Assembly: GCA_965644315.1 (NCBI GenBank)
Contig: CBFFRQ010000032.1
Location: 62,001-126,000 of the forward strand
Reading direction: 5' to 3'
Length of the DNA: 64,000 nucleotides
Source of the DNA: Caecitellus pseudoparvulus
Taxonomy: Eukaryota; Protista; Bigyra: Bicosoecida
Part shown: piece after piece, positions 1-12,000 of the stretch
How the letters are laid out: every line of letters starts with the position of its first letter
Position numbering within the stretch: position 1 is the first letter of the stretch
Translations under genes and position numbers: made by a program
The notes under the pieces: generated by a model
What the model was told of the DNA's origin: nothing
Database searches by the model: none
The model's input: only the letters and a program-made list of their open reading frames with translations

Positions 1-2
1 TC

Positions 3-3000
3 ACTGCCGCCGGCTGCCCCATCATTCGGCAGGGCGCCGCGCCGTCCTCGTCGATGGAGCAACTTGTGCTGGGCAACGTGACCATGCCAGAGTCCACGGA
101 GCAGCCTGACAGCGAGTTTCTCCTATCAATGGAGGCAGGTGCCCGGTCACCCGCATTCGGCCGACTGCTGGACTTGCCGGGAGGGCTCCACTCTCCCGCT
201 GGCGGGCCCACCGTTGCCCACATCCCAGCTGCCGAGGCGTCCCTGGGCTTCGCTGACGTACAGTGGACATACAAGGTCGGGGCGGCGGGCTCGGACCCGT
301 CCGACTCCACAGCCTGGGAGCTGGTGTCGTCCACATGGGAAGAGGACGGCGTCCAAGCTGGCAAGCCCGTCCCTGCTTCCCAGCCATGGCAAGGCAAGGT
401 GTCAGGGGCCTTGTTGCAGAACTCTGATGACGAGCATGCCATGCAGTCTGTTGTCACTCCGAGGGCTTCCAATGCGTCCCTCTCGTTTTCTTTGGCGCCA
501 GTCGTTGCGGCAGAGAACTGCAGCGCGGGCTCAGGCACCGTCACGTTCGACCTGTGGGCTGCGCACGCTGGGGACCAAGATCAGGCGACCTTCTTCGACG
601 CCCATTGCTTCTCTTCATTGGCGTCGGCTATTTCCTTCCTGCAGCTTGCCTCAGCCCAAGCTGCGGGGCGGTCTGCACTGGACACGGCTCCTCACTCTCC
701 TCAGCTTGTGGGCTCCCTTGATCAAAGTGATGTTTTGTGGAGTGGGGCAAATCTCACTTCTTGTGCTGCCCCAACTGGGGACTGCAGTGTTCGTTTTCAC
801 CCTCAGCTGATGCAGCGTGCTGCCGTGTTTGTGCATGGGGCAGTCGCTGTTAGTGGCCACGACCCTCTACTTGGAGAAGCGTCGCTCCCTTTCACGCTGG
901 AAGTGTCTGGCGCCCCAACGTTCCCGACGCACATCAGCCTTCCTTCTTCCGCCGGGTTTTCCACCCTTCTTCAGGAGGCAGGGCGTGCCTTGTGGATTCC
1001 AGCCAGGAACGTGCCACACGTCGCTGGCTCAGGTGGCGCCCTCCGCGAAGTGCATGCCGCAGGCCCACTCACCCAGGCAGTCAAGCAAGCTGCAGAATCG
1101 TGTGGACAGCAGGCTTCGCTTCGCATGCATGCTGTGAATGCCACATCTGCAGGGAGCATTCGCATGCTCTCAGCGGGCAGTGTCTCGCTGACTTGTCTGA
1201 CGCTTGCCTGTGCGAAGGATCCCGTCCTGGCGCTTCCAGGCACTGATACTCTTTCCACTGGAGCCCCACTGGTTGAACTTCGCAACGCAGCATCAGCCAT
1301 TGTATCGAACGTTCTTGTTGTCCTGAATCAAGTTGATCGGCCAATGGTGCACATGGCTCAAGTCGGCCAGGCGGTCGTTCGGGGCATGTCTGGTAATTTC
1401 TCTAGCATCGTCGGTGGGGTTGAAGTCCACCATTCGCGCTCAGCGTTCCGTCAAGTCACTTTTGACCAAGTCGATTCATCTGCACTTGTAGGCGTATCTG
1501 TTGCCGGTATCAGCTCACTGCCGGCAGCCGCGACGCCTGCTGGGCTGCGCCAGCACCTTGTTGAACAGAGCTCTGGTCTGCCAGGCGTCGGCGCAGGTTG
1601 TATTGCGATCGTAGGCGAGGGCAAGTCGGTCATCTGGGGGATCTCTGCACTTGGATGCACGTCCACTGCTTCTGACGGCGGGGCTCTGCGCGTGTCTGGT
1701 GCTGGCAACCTGCTTATTGCTAGCGTCAACCTGGACTCCAGCCGCGTCGCAGGCGTCGGCGGTGGCCTGCTCGTGTCGGGCGTGGGCTCGGTGTCTGTCG
1801 CTGACGTCCAACTCGGAAACAACGTTGCAGATGAAGATTGTGCTGGAGGGCTCGTGCGCAGCGTGGGGCATGCCAACTTCTTCAACTTGTCCGTCGAATC
1901 CTCTCGTGCTGGGGCGAGCGGCGGCGGGTTCTGCATTGAGCACGTGCAAACCGCCGACTTCTCAGGCTGGACGCGCTTTTCCAACAACTCTGCATTGACA
2001 GGGTTTGGTGGGGCGCTGTCTTCGCTCAGAGCGAGTGTTGTCACTTTGTCCGGGCATGTTTTCTTCCTGAACAACTCAGCTGCCCTGGGTGGTGGTGGCA
2101 TGCACTCCACTGCGTCAGCGGTGCAGGCCAGCTGGGGAAGCATCCAGTTTGCAGGCAACTCAGCCCACGACGGTGCTGGCGGGGCTGTTTTGGTCGAAAC
2201 TTTCACTGCCTCCATGAACCTATCTGGTGCGAGTCTCGACTGCTCGTTCAACACTGCCATGTACGGTGGGTGCCTTGCAGTGGCCCCACAAGCACCTGCG
2301 ACGAATGCCTCAGCCGGGCTCAGCTCTCAGCTGGAGCTGACGTCATCTGCTGCCCTAGCGCAGGTGCTATCGGGGACTGCAGCGACTTGGAACGCGACCG
2401 TGGTGCTTCCCCAGGCGTTGGTCGCTGTTTCAAACGGAGCTCGCTTAGTCGGAGACTTTGGTGTCGACTTCTCGGGCCAAGTGGTGCAGGACATCATCGA
2501 CTCAAGCACAGTCCTGGATGCCTTAAACACTGTACACTTTGCTCCCACGCTGAACGTATCGTGCCCCTCTGAGCTTTTTGTCTCTCCTGGCAGCAACTGG
2601 GCTGGGTCTGGATGCTTCGAAGGGGGCCAGCCATGGGCCACAGTGCGACCTTCAAGTGCCAGCGTGGCTATTTTGGAAACCGACTCCGCGAGCCATTGCA
2701 CCCTGCAGTCATCTGCCCACGTCGTGTCTGGCAATACCACCTTCGCTGCGACGAATGGCGCCTTCCAAGGATCACCCTCCGCTTTGCAACCTTCTCTTGT
2801 GCCAGGGACTTATTCTGCCGCATTAGTTTGCGCCATTCAGCCGCCCCTGCCGAAGCGGCACTGGGAGCACCCCAGATGGGAGGTGGTCCAACTTGAACTC
2901 CAAGTTGCAGATCTCAGGCTCGTGTGGGCTGATCCTGCTGCCGCAAGTATTGGCTGGTCTGCCTTCCCCTCCTCCCCATCAGGCGCCAGGCATCCTCTTA

Positions 3001-6000
3001 GTCCACCACCTGAAGTGCACGCTGAGCGCTGGAACGGGTCCCATTGGCAGGTGCTCGTTGATGCAACCATGTCATGCTCGGCTGAAGTACTCGTGCTGGG
3101 AGCATTTTCCAATGGCTGTGGTCCTGGTTCGGCCATGTCCTTCCTGGAAGGGCACTCTGCACAGCTTCTGGGTGATGCCTGGCAAGTGGCTGCAGGAGGT
3201 GCTCTTGCATTCAGCAACCTCAGCGTGCAAGCCACAGCTTCAGAGGAGAATGTCCTGGCTGTAGGCTGCCGTGTGCAGCCCAGTGGTTGGGCAACTCCCG
3301 GCCCACTGATGAACGTGTCAGCGCCGTTGCACATACATGACATTCAAGCTGTCCCTCTGGTGGCTCTAGAGTCCATGTCTCATGTGCATGCCGGGTTTAT
3401 CAGCAACAGCACGTTTGCCCCTCTCTGCATTGCTGACGCCCTCCCCTTGGTGCCTCTGACACCCCTCGGGGGTTCAGCCTTGCAGCCCATTGGCAGCCCA
3501 ACTGTGGCCGTGGTTGATGCATCACCCGCAACAGGCCCTGGGCACGTTGCGGCCCCGTGTGCCTCGAACACATTTTCCTATCCGTCGGTTGAGGCTGACA
3601 ACTCGCACCTGTCTTGCACCGGGCTGTCAGCCGGGCAGCTCATGTACGGCGATGGGCCGGCAGACCCCGCGGATGTCCTGTTCAACGCCTCAGGCATGAA
3701 CCAACTGAATGTTACCATGCTTTCGGGCTGGTCGGCATCTAATGGCTCTTCCTGGACGCTGTCCTTTCCCCACCTAGCACTTGGCTTGAGCAAGCTGTCA
3801 GTTCGCCCTGACTTGAACATGTCACTGTGGGTGACCGTGGAGGTTATGTGCACTTGGGAGCACATCTACATCATGCCGCCAGTATTTTTGCCTGTCGAGC
3901 TGGTCGCCCCGACCCTGCTGTGGGAGTCGCCCTCCCATGTACCTGTACTTCCTTCAGCGTTAGGCTCAGCCCTTCTGCCGCCGCATCCCATTGTGGCGCT
4001 GAACTTTTCAGGTTCGCCAGCAGCTGTGGCTCGTGTTGGCCAAGTGTGGCCCCTTGGGCAAACCATTCTTGGGCAGTGCACGGGCGAAGTGCCATCTGGG
4101 GCTTCGATTGGAGGGGTTTTCCTGGAGCAGTTCGAATCCGGCCCCAGCAGTTTCATCTCCTCAGCCGCCTTTGACGCCTTAGTTCCGTTCGATTCATGGT
4201 CCTCCTCCGAAACCTTTCTCGCGCACTGTGCGCTGGGGCAGCAGGAAACTAGTGTGTTTGGCACCCCACCACAGTTTGTGTTTGGCAACGTAGAGGCTGT
4301 GTGGGCTGAGTCTCAGCTGCATACGGTGTTGCCGGCGGCGTTTGACGGGGGCAAACCTGTGGCTGTCTTGCAGCCAGTGCAGCTTTTTGAATCGCTCAAT
4401 GGAACATTGACTTCACTTCGTGTGCCTGGCTCACCCGGGTTCTGCATGTACTACGTCGAGTACGCTGCAGGGAGCGTCAGTCTCGTTCCCACCTCCCCGA
4501 GTTTCCTACTCGATGGGTTGCTGACAAACTCCATCAATGTCACGCTGTCTTCAGGGGGTACCGCATCCCCCCCTCGCGTCCGCATTCACGCTGCAAGTGG
4601 AGCCAACGTCTCGGTCGTGGCCCAGTGCCAAGTCACACTGGCAAGGCAGCAGTGGAGTTTGCAGCCTTCACAAGGTGTGCAGAACATTTCAATGTCTACA
4701 GTTAGGGTTGCTGCGTTCGTGAACGGAACTGGACCGACCTTGGGGTCATCAGAAAATCTCGCGGTGCCTGTTCATTCAGCAGGCGCCCACGCAGTCCTTT
4801 CCAGCCCAAATGCCTGGTTAAACTCCACTCTTCCTTCCTCATGGGAGTGTGCTATTCACGCAGCGACCGGGAAAAGACTTTACGACGCACTTACCTCAAA
4901 TGCCAAACCAAAGCTTCAGCAAACTTTAGTTTTCCAAAAAGGACTTGCTGAGCTTTCCTGGATCGGTGTTGAGAACCTTCTTCCTGGATCGGCCGACCGC
5001 ATCGACTACGCCTGCAACAGCACAGAGCTTCCCGAGGTATCTCTTGCCTTCAACATATCCCTGGTCGCATCCATGCTGCGTGTGGAGGTGGGGAACGTGA
5101 GCAGCCTGGCGTCGTCGCCGGTGCTGCCGTCGTCATCTGCGTCGGGCGTGGGCATCGAGGCGTTCGAGCCGCTGCTGCATGTGGAGGTGCAGGCGAGTGA
5201 CGGTGTGGGTGGGTGGAGCCGTGTGCGGGGGTACGAGCACGCGTGTGCGCTGAATGCGAGTCTGGCGGGCGGGTCGGCAGTGGACTTGGACGGGTCAGGC
5301 GGCAGCAGTGTGGGCGTGTTGATCGACGCCGTGACGGGTCAGGGTCGTTTCGAGGGTGTGCACCTGTACGACGTGGCGCCTGGTGACGTGGTGTCGCTGG
5401 GTGTGGTGTGTCGGTACTTGGGTGACACGGCGTTTGGCGGGTACACTGTGTGGGGCGGGGGTCTGCCGTCGGTGACAGTGAGCTCACTGCGTGTGGAGGT
5501 GGGGAACGTGAGCAGTCTGGCGTCGTCGCCGGTGCTGCCGTCGTCATCTGCGTCGGGGGTGGGCATCGAGGCGTTCCAGCCGCTGCTGCATGTGGAGGTG
5601 CAGGCGAGTGACGGTGTGGGTGGGTGGAGCCGTGTGCGGGGGTACGAGCACGCGTGTGCGCTGAATGCGAGTCTGGCGGGCGGGTCGGCAGTGGATCTGG
5701 ACGGGTCAGGCGGCAGCAGTGTGGGCGTGTTGATCGACGCCGTGACGGGTCAGGGTCGTTTCGAGGGTGTGCACCTGTACGACGTGGCGCCTGGTGACGT
5801 GGTGTCGCTGGGTGTGGTGTGTCGGTACTTGGGTGACACGGCGTTTGGCGGGTACACTGTGTGGGGCGGGGGTCTGCCGTCGGTGACTGTGAGCTCACTG
5901 CGTGTGGAGGTGGGGAACGTGAGCAGCCTGGCGTCGTCGCCGGTGCTGCCGTCGTCATCTGCGTCGGGCGTGGGCATCGAGGCGTTCCAGCCGCTGCTGC

Positions 6001-9000
6001 ATGTGGAGGTGCAGGCGAGTGACGGTGTGGGTGGGTGGAGCCGTGTGCGGGGGTACGAGCACGCGTGTGCGCTGAATGCGAGTCTGGCAGGCGGGTCGGC
6101 AGTGGATCTGGACGGGTCAGGCGGCAGCAGTGTGGGCGTGTTGATCGACGCCGTGACGGGTCAGGGTCGTTTCGAGGGTGTGCACCTGTACGACGTGGCG
6201 CCTGGTGACGTGGTGTCGCTGGGTGTGGTGTGTCGGTACTTGGGTGACACGGCGTTTGGCGGGTACACTGTGTGGGGCGGGGGTCTGCCGTCGGTGACAG
6301 TGAGCTCACTGCGTGTGGAGGTGGGGAACGTGAGCAGCCTGGCGTCGTCGCCGGTGCTGCCGTCGTCATCTGCGTCGGGGGTGGGCATCGAGGCGTTCCA
6401 GCCGCTGCTGCATGTGGAGGTGCAGGCGAGTGATGGTGTGGGTGGGTGGAGCCGTGTGCGGGGGTACGAGCACGCGTGTGCGCTGAATGCGAGTCTGGCG
6501 GGCGGGTCGGCAGTGGACTTGGACGGGTCAGGCGGCAGCAGTGTGGGCGTGTTGATCGACGCCGTGACGGGTCAGGGTCGTTTCGAGGGTGTGCACCTGT
6601 ACGACGTGGCGCCTGGTGACGTGGTGTCGCTGGGTGTGGTGTGTCGGTACTTGGGTGACACGGCGTTTGGCGGGTACACTGTGTGGGGCGGGGGTCTGCC
6701 GTCGGTGACTGTGAGCTCACTGCGTGTGGAGGTGGGGAACGTGAGCAGCCTGGCGTCGTCGCCGGTGCTGCCGTCGTCATCTGCGTCGGGGGTGGGCATC
6801 GAGGCGTTCCAGCCGCTGCTGCATGTGGAGGTGCAGGCGAGTGACGGTGTGGGTGGGTGGAGCCGTGTGCGGGGGTACGAGCACGCGTGTGCGCTGAATG
6901 CGAGTCTGGCGGGCGGGTCGGCAGTGGACTTGGACGGGTCAGGCGGCAGCAGTGTGGGCGTGTTGATCGACGCCGTGACGGGTCAGGGTCGTTTCGAGGG
7001 TGTGCACCTGTACGACGTGGCGCCTGGTGACGTGGTGTCGCTGGGTGTGGTGTGTCGGTACTTGGGTGACACGGCGTTTGGCGGGTACACTGTGTGGGGC
7101 GGGGGTCTGCCGTCGGTGACAGTGAGCTCACTGCGTGTGGAGGTGGGGAACGTGAGCAGCCTGGCGTCGTCGCCGGTGCTGCCGTCGTCATCTGCGTCGG
7201 GGGTGGGCATCGAGGCGTTCCAGCCGCTGCTGCATGTGGAGGTGCAGGCGAGTGATGGTGTGGGTGGGTGGAGCCGTGTGCGGGGGTACGAGCACGCGTG
7301 TGCGCTGAATGCGAGTCTGGCGGGCGGGTCGGCAGTGGACTTGGACGGGTCAGGCGGCAGCAGTGTGGGCGTGTTGATCGACGCCGTGACGGGTCAGGGT
7401 CGTTTCGAGGGTGTGCACCTGTACGACGTGGCGCCTGGCGACGTGGTGTCGCTGGGTGTGGTGTGTCGGTACTTGGGTGACACGGCGTTTGGCGGGTACA
7501 CTGTGTGGGGCGGGGGTCTGCCGTCGGTGACAGTGAGCTCACTGCGTGTGGAGGTGGGGAACGTGAGCAGCCTGGCGTCGTCGCCGGTGCTGCCGTCGTC
7601 ATCTGCGTCGGGGGTGGGCATCGAGGCGTTCCAGCCGCTGCTGCATGTGGAGGTGCAGGCGAGTGACGGTGTGGGTGGGTGGAGCCGTGTGCGGGGGTAC
7701 GAGCACGCGTGTGCGCTGAATGCGAGTCTGGCGGGCGGGTCGGCAGTGGACTTGGACGGGTCAGGCGGCAGCAGTGTGGGCGTGTCGATCGACGCCGTGA
7801 CGGGTCAGGGTCGTTTCGAGGGTGTGCACCTGTACGACGTGGCGCCTGGCGACGTGGTGTCGCTGGGTGTGGTGTGTCGGTACTTGGGTGACACGGCGTT
7901 TGGCGGGTACACTGTGTGGGGCGGGGGTCTGCCGTCGGTGACAGTGAGCTCACTGCGTGTGGAGGTGGGGAACGTGAGCAGTCTGGCGTCGTCGCCGGTG
8001 CTGCCGTCGTCATCTGCGTCGGGGGTGGGCATCGAGGCGTTCCAGCCGCTGCTGCATGTGGAGGTGCAGGCGAGTGACGGTGTGGGTGGGTGGAGCCGTG
8101 TGCGGGGGTACGAGCACGCGTGTGCGCTGAATGCGAGTCTGGCGGGCGGGTCGGCAGTGGATCTGGACGGGTCAGGCGGCAGCAGTGTGGGCGTGTTGAT
8201 CGACGCCGTGACGGGTCAGGGTCGTTTCGAGGGTGTGCACCTGTACGACGTGGCGCCTGGTGACGTGGTGTCGCTGGGTGTGGTGTGTCGGTACTTGGGT
8301 GACACGGCGTTTGGCGGGTACACTGTGTGGGGCGGGGGTCTGCCGTCGGTGACAGTGAGCTCACTGCGTGTGGAGGTGGGGAACGTGAGCAGTCTGGCGT
8401 CGTCGCCGGTGCTGCCGTCGTCATCTGCGTCGGGGGTGGGCATCGAGGCGTTCCAGCCGCTGCTGCATGTGGAGGTGCAGGCGAGTGACGGTGTGGGTGG
8501 GTGGAGCCGTGTGCGGGGGTACGAGCACGCGTGTGCGCTGAATGCGAGTCTGGCGGGCGGGTCGGCAGTGGACTCTGGACGGGTCAGGCGGCAGCAGTGT
8601 GGGCGTGTTGATCGACGCCGTGACGGGTCAGGGTCGTTTCGAGGGTGTGCACCTGTACGACGTGGCGCCTGGTGACGTGGTGTCGCTGGGTGTGGTGTGT
8701 CGGTACTTGGGTGACACGGCGTTTGGCGGGTACACTGTGTGGGGCGGGGGTCTGCCGTCGGTGACAGTGAGCTCACTGCGTGTGGAGGTGGGGAACGTGA
8801 GCAGTCTGGCGTCGTCGCCGGTGCTGCCGTCGTCATCTGCGTCGGGGGTGGGCATCGAGGCGTTCCAGCCGCTGCTGCATGTGGAGGTGCAGGCGAGTGA
8901 CGGTGTGGGTGGGTGGAGCCGTGTGCGGGGGTACGAGCACGCGTGTGCGCTGAATGCGAGTCTGGCGGGCGGGTCGGCAGTGGATCTGGACGGGTCAGGC

Positions 9001-12000
9001 GGCAGCAGTGTGGGCGTGTTGATCGACGCCGTGACGGGTCAGGGTCGTTTCGAGGGTGTGCACCTGTACGACGTGGCGCCTGGTGACGTGGTGTCGCTGG
9101 GTGTGGTGTGTCGGTACTTGGGTGACACGGCGTTTGGCGGGTACACTGTGTGGGGCGGGGGTCTGCCGTCGGTGACAGTGAGCTCACTGCGTGTGGAGGT
9201 GGGGAACGTGAGCAGCCTGGCGTCGTCGCCGGTGCTGCCGTCGTCATCTGCGTCGGGGGTGGGCATCGAGGCGTTCCAGCCGCTGCTGCATGTGGAGGTG
9301 CAGGCGAGTGATGGTGTGGGTGGGTGGAGCCGTGTGCGGGGGTACGAGCACGCGTGTGCGCTGAATGCGAGTCTGGCGGGCGGGTCGGCAGTGGATCTTG
9401 GACGGGTCAGGCGGCAGCAGTGTGGGCGTGTTGATCGACGCCGTGACGGGTCAGGGTCGTTTCGAGGGTGTGCACCTGTACGACGTGGCGCCTGGCGACG
9501 TGGTGTCGCTGGGTGTGGTGTGTCGGTACTTGGGTGACACGGCGTTTGGCGGGTACACTGTGTGGGGCGGGGGTCTGCCGTCGGTGACAGTGAGCTCACT
9601 GCGTGTGGAGGTGGGGAACGTGAGCAGCCTGGCGTCGTCGCCGGTGCTGCCGTCGTCATCTGCGTCGGGGGTGGGCATCGAGGCGTTCCAGCCGCTGCTG
9701 CATGTGGAGGTGCAGGCGAGTGACGGTGTGGGTGGGTGGAGCCGTGTGCGGGGGTACGAGCACGCGTGTGCGCTGAATGCGAGTCTGGCGGGCGGGTCGG
9801 CAGTGGACTCTGGACGGGTCAGGCGGCAGCAGTGTGGGCGTGTCGATCGACGCCGTGACGGGTCAGGGTCGTTTCGAGGGTGTGCACCTGTACGACGTGG
9901 CGCCTGGCGACGTGGTGTCGCTGGGTGTGGTGTGTCGGTACTTGGGTGACACGGCGTTTGGCGGGTACACTGTGTGGGGCGGGGGTCTGCCGTCGGTGAC
10001 TGTGAGCTCACTGCGTGTGGAGGTGGGGAACGTGAGCAGCCTGGCGTCGTCGCCGGTGCTGCCGTCGTCATCTGCGTCGGGCGTGGGCATCGAGGCGTTC
10101 CAGCCGCTGCTGCATGTGGAGGTGCAGGCGAGTGATGGTGTGGGTGGGTGGAGCCGTGTGCGGGGGTACGAGCACGCGTGTGCGCTGAATGCGAGTCTGG
10201 CGGGCGGGTCGGCAGTGGACTTGGACGGGTCAGGCGGCAGCAGTGTGGGCGTGTTGATCGACGCCGTGACGGGTCAGGGTCGTTTCGAGGGTGTGCACCT
10301 GTACGACGTGGCGCCTGGTGACGTGGTGTCGCTGGGTGTGGTGTGTCGGTACTTGGGTGACACGGCGTTTGGCGGGTACACTGTGTGGGGCGGGGGTCTG
10401 CCGTCGGTGACAGTGAGCTCACTGCGTGTGGAGGTGGGGAACGTGAGCAGCCTGGCGTCGTCGCCGGTGCTGCCGTCGTCATCTGCGTCGGGGGTGGGCA
10501 TCGAGGCGTTCCAGCCGCTGCTGCATGTGGAGGTGCAGGCGAGTGATGGTGTGGGTGGGTGGAGCCGTGTGCGGGGGTACGAGCACGCGTGTGCGCTGAA
10601 TGCGAGTCTGGCGGGCGGGTCGGCAGTGGACTTGGACGGGTCAGGCGGCAGCAGTGTGGGCGTGTTGATCGACGCCGTGACGGGTCAGGGTCGTTTCGAG
10701 GGTGTGCACCTGTACGACGTGGCGCCTGGCGACGTGGTGTCGCTGGGTGTGGTGTGTCGGTACTTGGGTGACACGGCGTTTGGCGGGTACACTGTGTGGG
10801 GCGGGGGTCTGCCGTCGGTGACAGTGAGCTCACTGCGTGTGGAGGTGGGGAACGTGAGCAGCCTGGCGTCGTCGCCGGTGCTGCCGTCGTCATCTGCGTC
10901 GGGGGTGGGCATCGAGGCGTTCCAGCCGCTGCTGCATGTGGAGGTGCAGGCGAGTGACGGTGTGGGTGGGTGGAGCCGTGTGCGGGGGTACGAGCACGCG
11001 TGTGCGCTGAATGCGAGTCTGGCGGGCGGGTCGGCAGTGGACTTGGACGGGTCAGGCGGCAGCAGTGTGGGCGTGTTGATCGACGCCGTGACGGGTCAGG
11101 GTCGTTTCGAGGGTGTGCACCTGTACGACGTGGCGCCTGGTGACGTGGTGTCGCTGGGTGTGGTGTGTCGGTACTTGGGTGACACGGCGTTTGGCGGGTA
11201 CACTGTGTGGGGCGGGGGTCTGCCGTCGGTGACAGTGAGCTCACTGCGTGTGGAGGTGGGGAACGTGAGCAGCCTGGCGTCGTCGCCGGTGCTGCCGTCG
11301 TCATCTGCGTCGGGGGTGGGCATCGAGGCGTTCCAGCCGCTGCTGCATGTGGAGGTGCAGGCGAGTGATGGTGTGGGTGGGTGGAGCCGTGTGCGGGGGT
11401 ACGAGCACGCGTGTGCGCTGAATGCGAGTCTGGCGGGCGGGTCGGCAGTGGACTTGGACGGGTCAGGCGGCAGCAGTGTGGGCGTGTTGATCGACGCCGT
11501 GACGGGTCAGGGTCGTTTCGAGGGTGTGCACCTGTACGACGTGGCGCCTGGTGACGTGGTGTCGCTGGGTGTGGTGTGTCGGTACTTGGGTGACACGGCG
11601 TTTGGCGGGTACACTGTGTGGGGCGGGGGTCTGCCGTCGGTGACTGTGAGCTCACTGCGTGTGGAGGTGGGGAACGTGAGCAGCCTGGCGTCGTCGCCGG
11701 TGCTGCCGTCGTCATCTGCGTCGGGGGTGGGCATCGAGGCGTTCCAGCCGCTGCTGCATGTGGAGGTGCAGGCGAGTGACGGTGTGGGTGGGTGGAGCCG
11801 TGTGCGGGGGTACGAGCACGCGTGTGCGCTGAATGCGAGTCTGGCGGGCGGGTCGGCAGTGGACTTGGACGGGTCAGGCGGCAGCAGTGTGGGCGTGTTG
11901 ATCGACGCCGTGACGGGTCAGGGTCGTTTCGAGGGTGTGCACCTGTACGACGTGGCGCCTGGCGACGTGGTGTCGCTGGGTGTGGTGTGTCGGTACTTGG

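Noticed and set aside
54-9949. Treating 54..8675, 8542..9537 and 9365..9949 as separate genes, a pseudogene or programmed frameshifting
   Set aside because: The breaks are single-base allele hybrids at one repeat site with no slippery heptamer. The rest of the 20.8 kb has no lesions.
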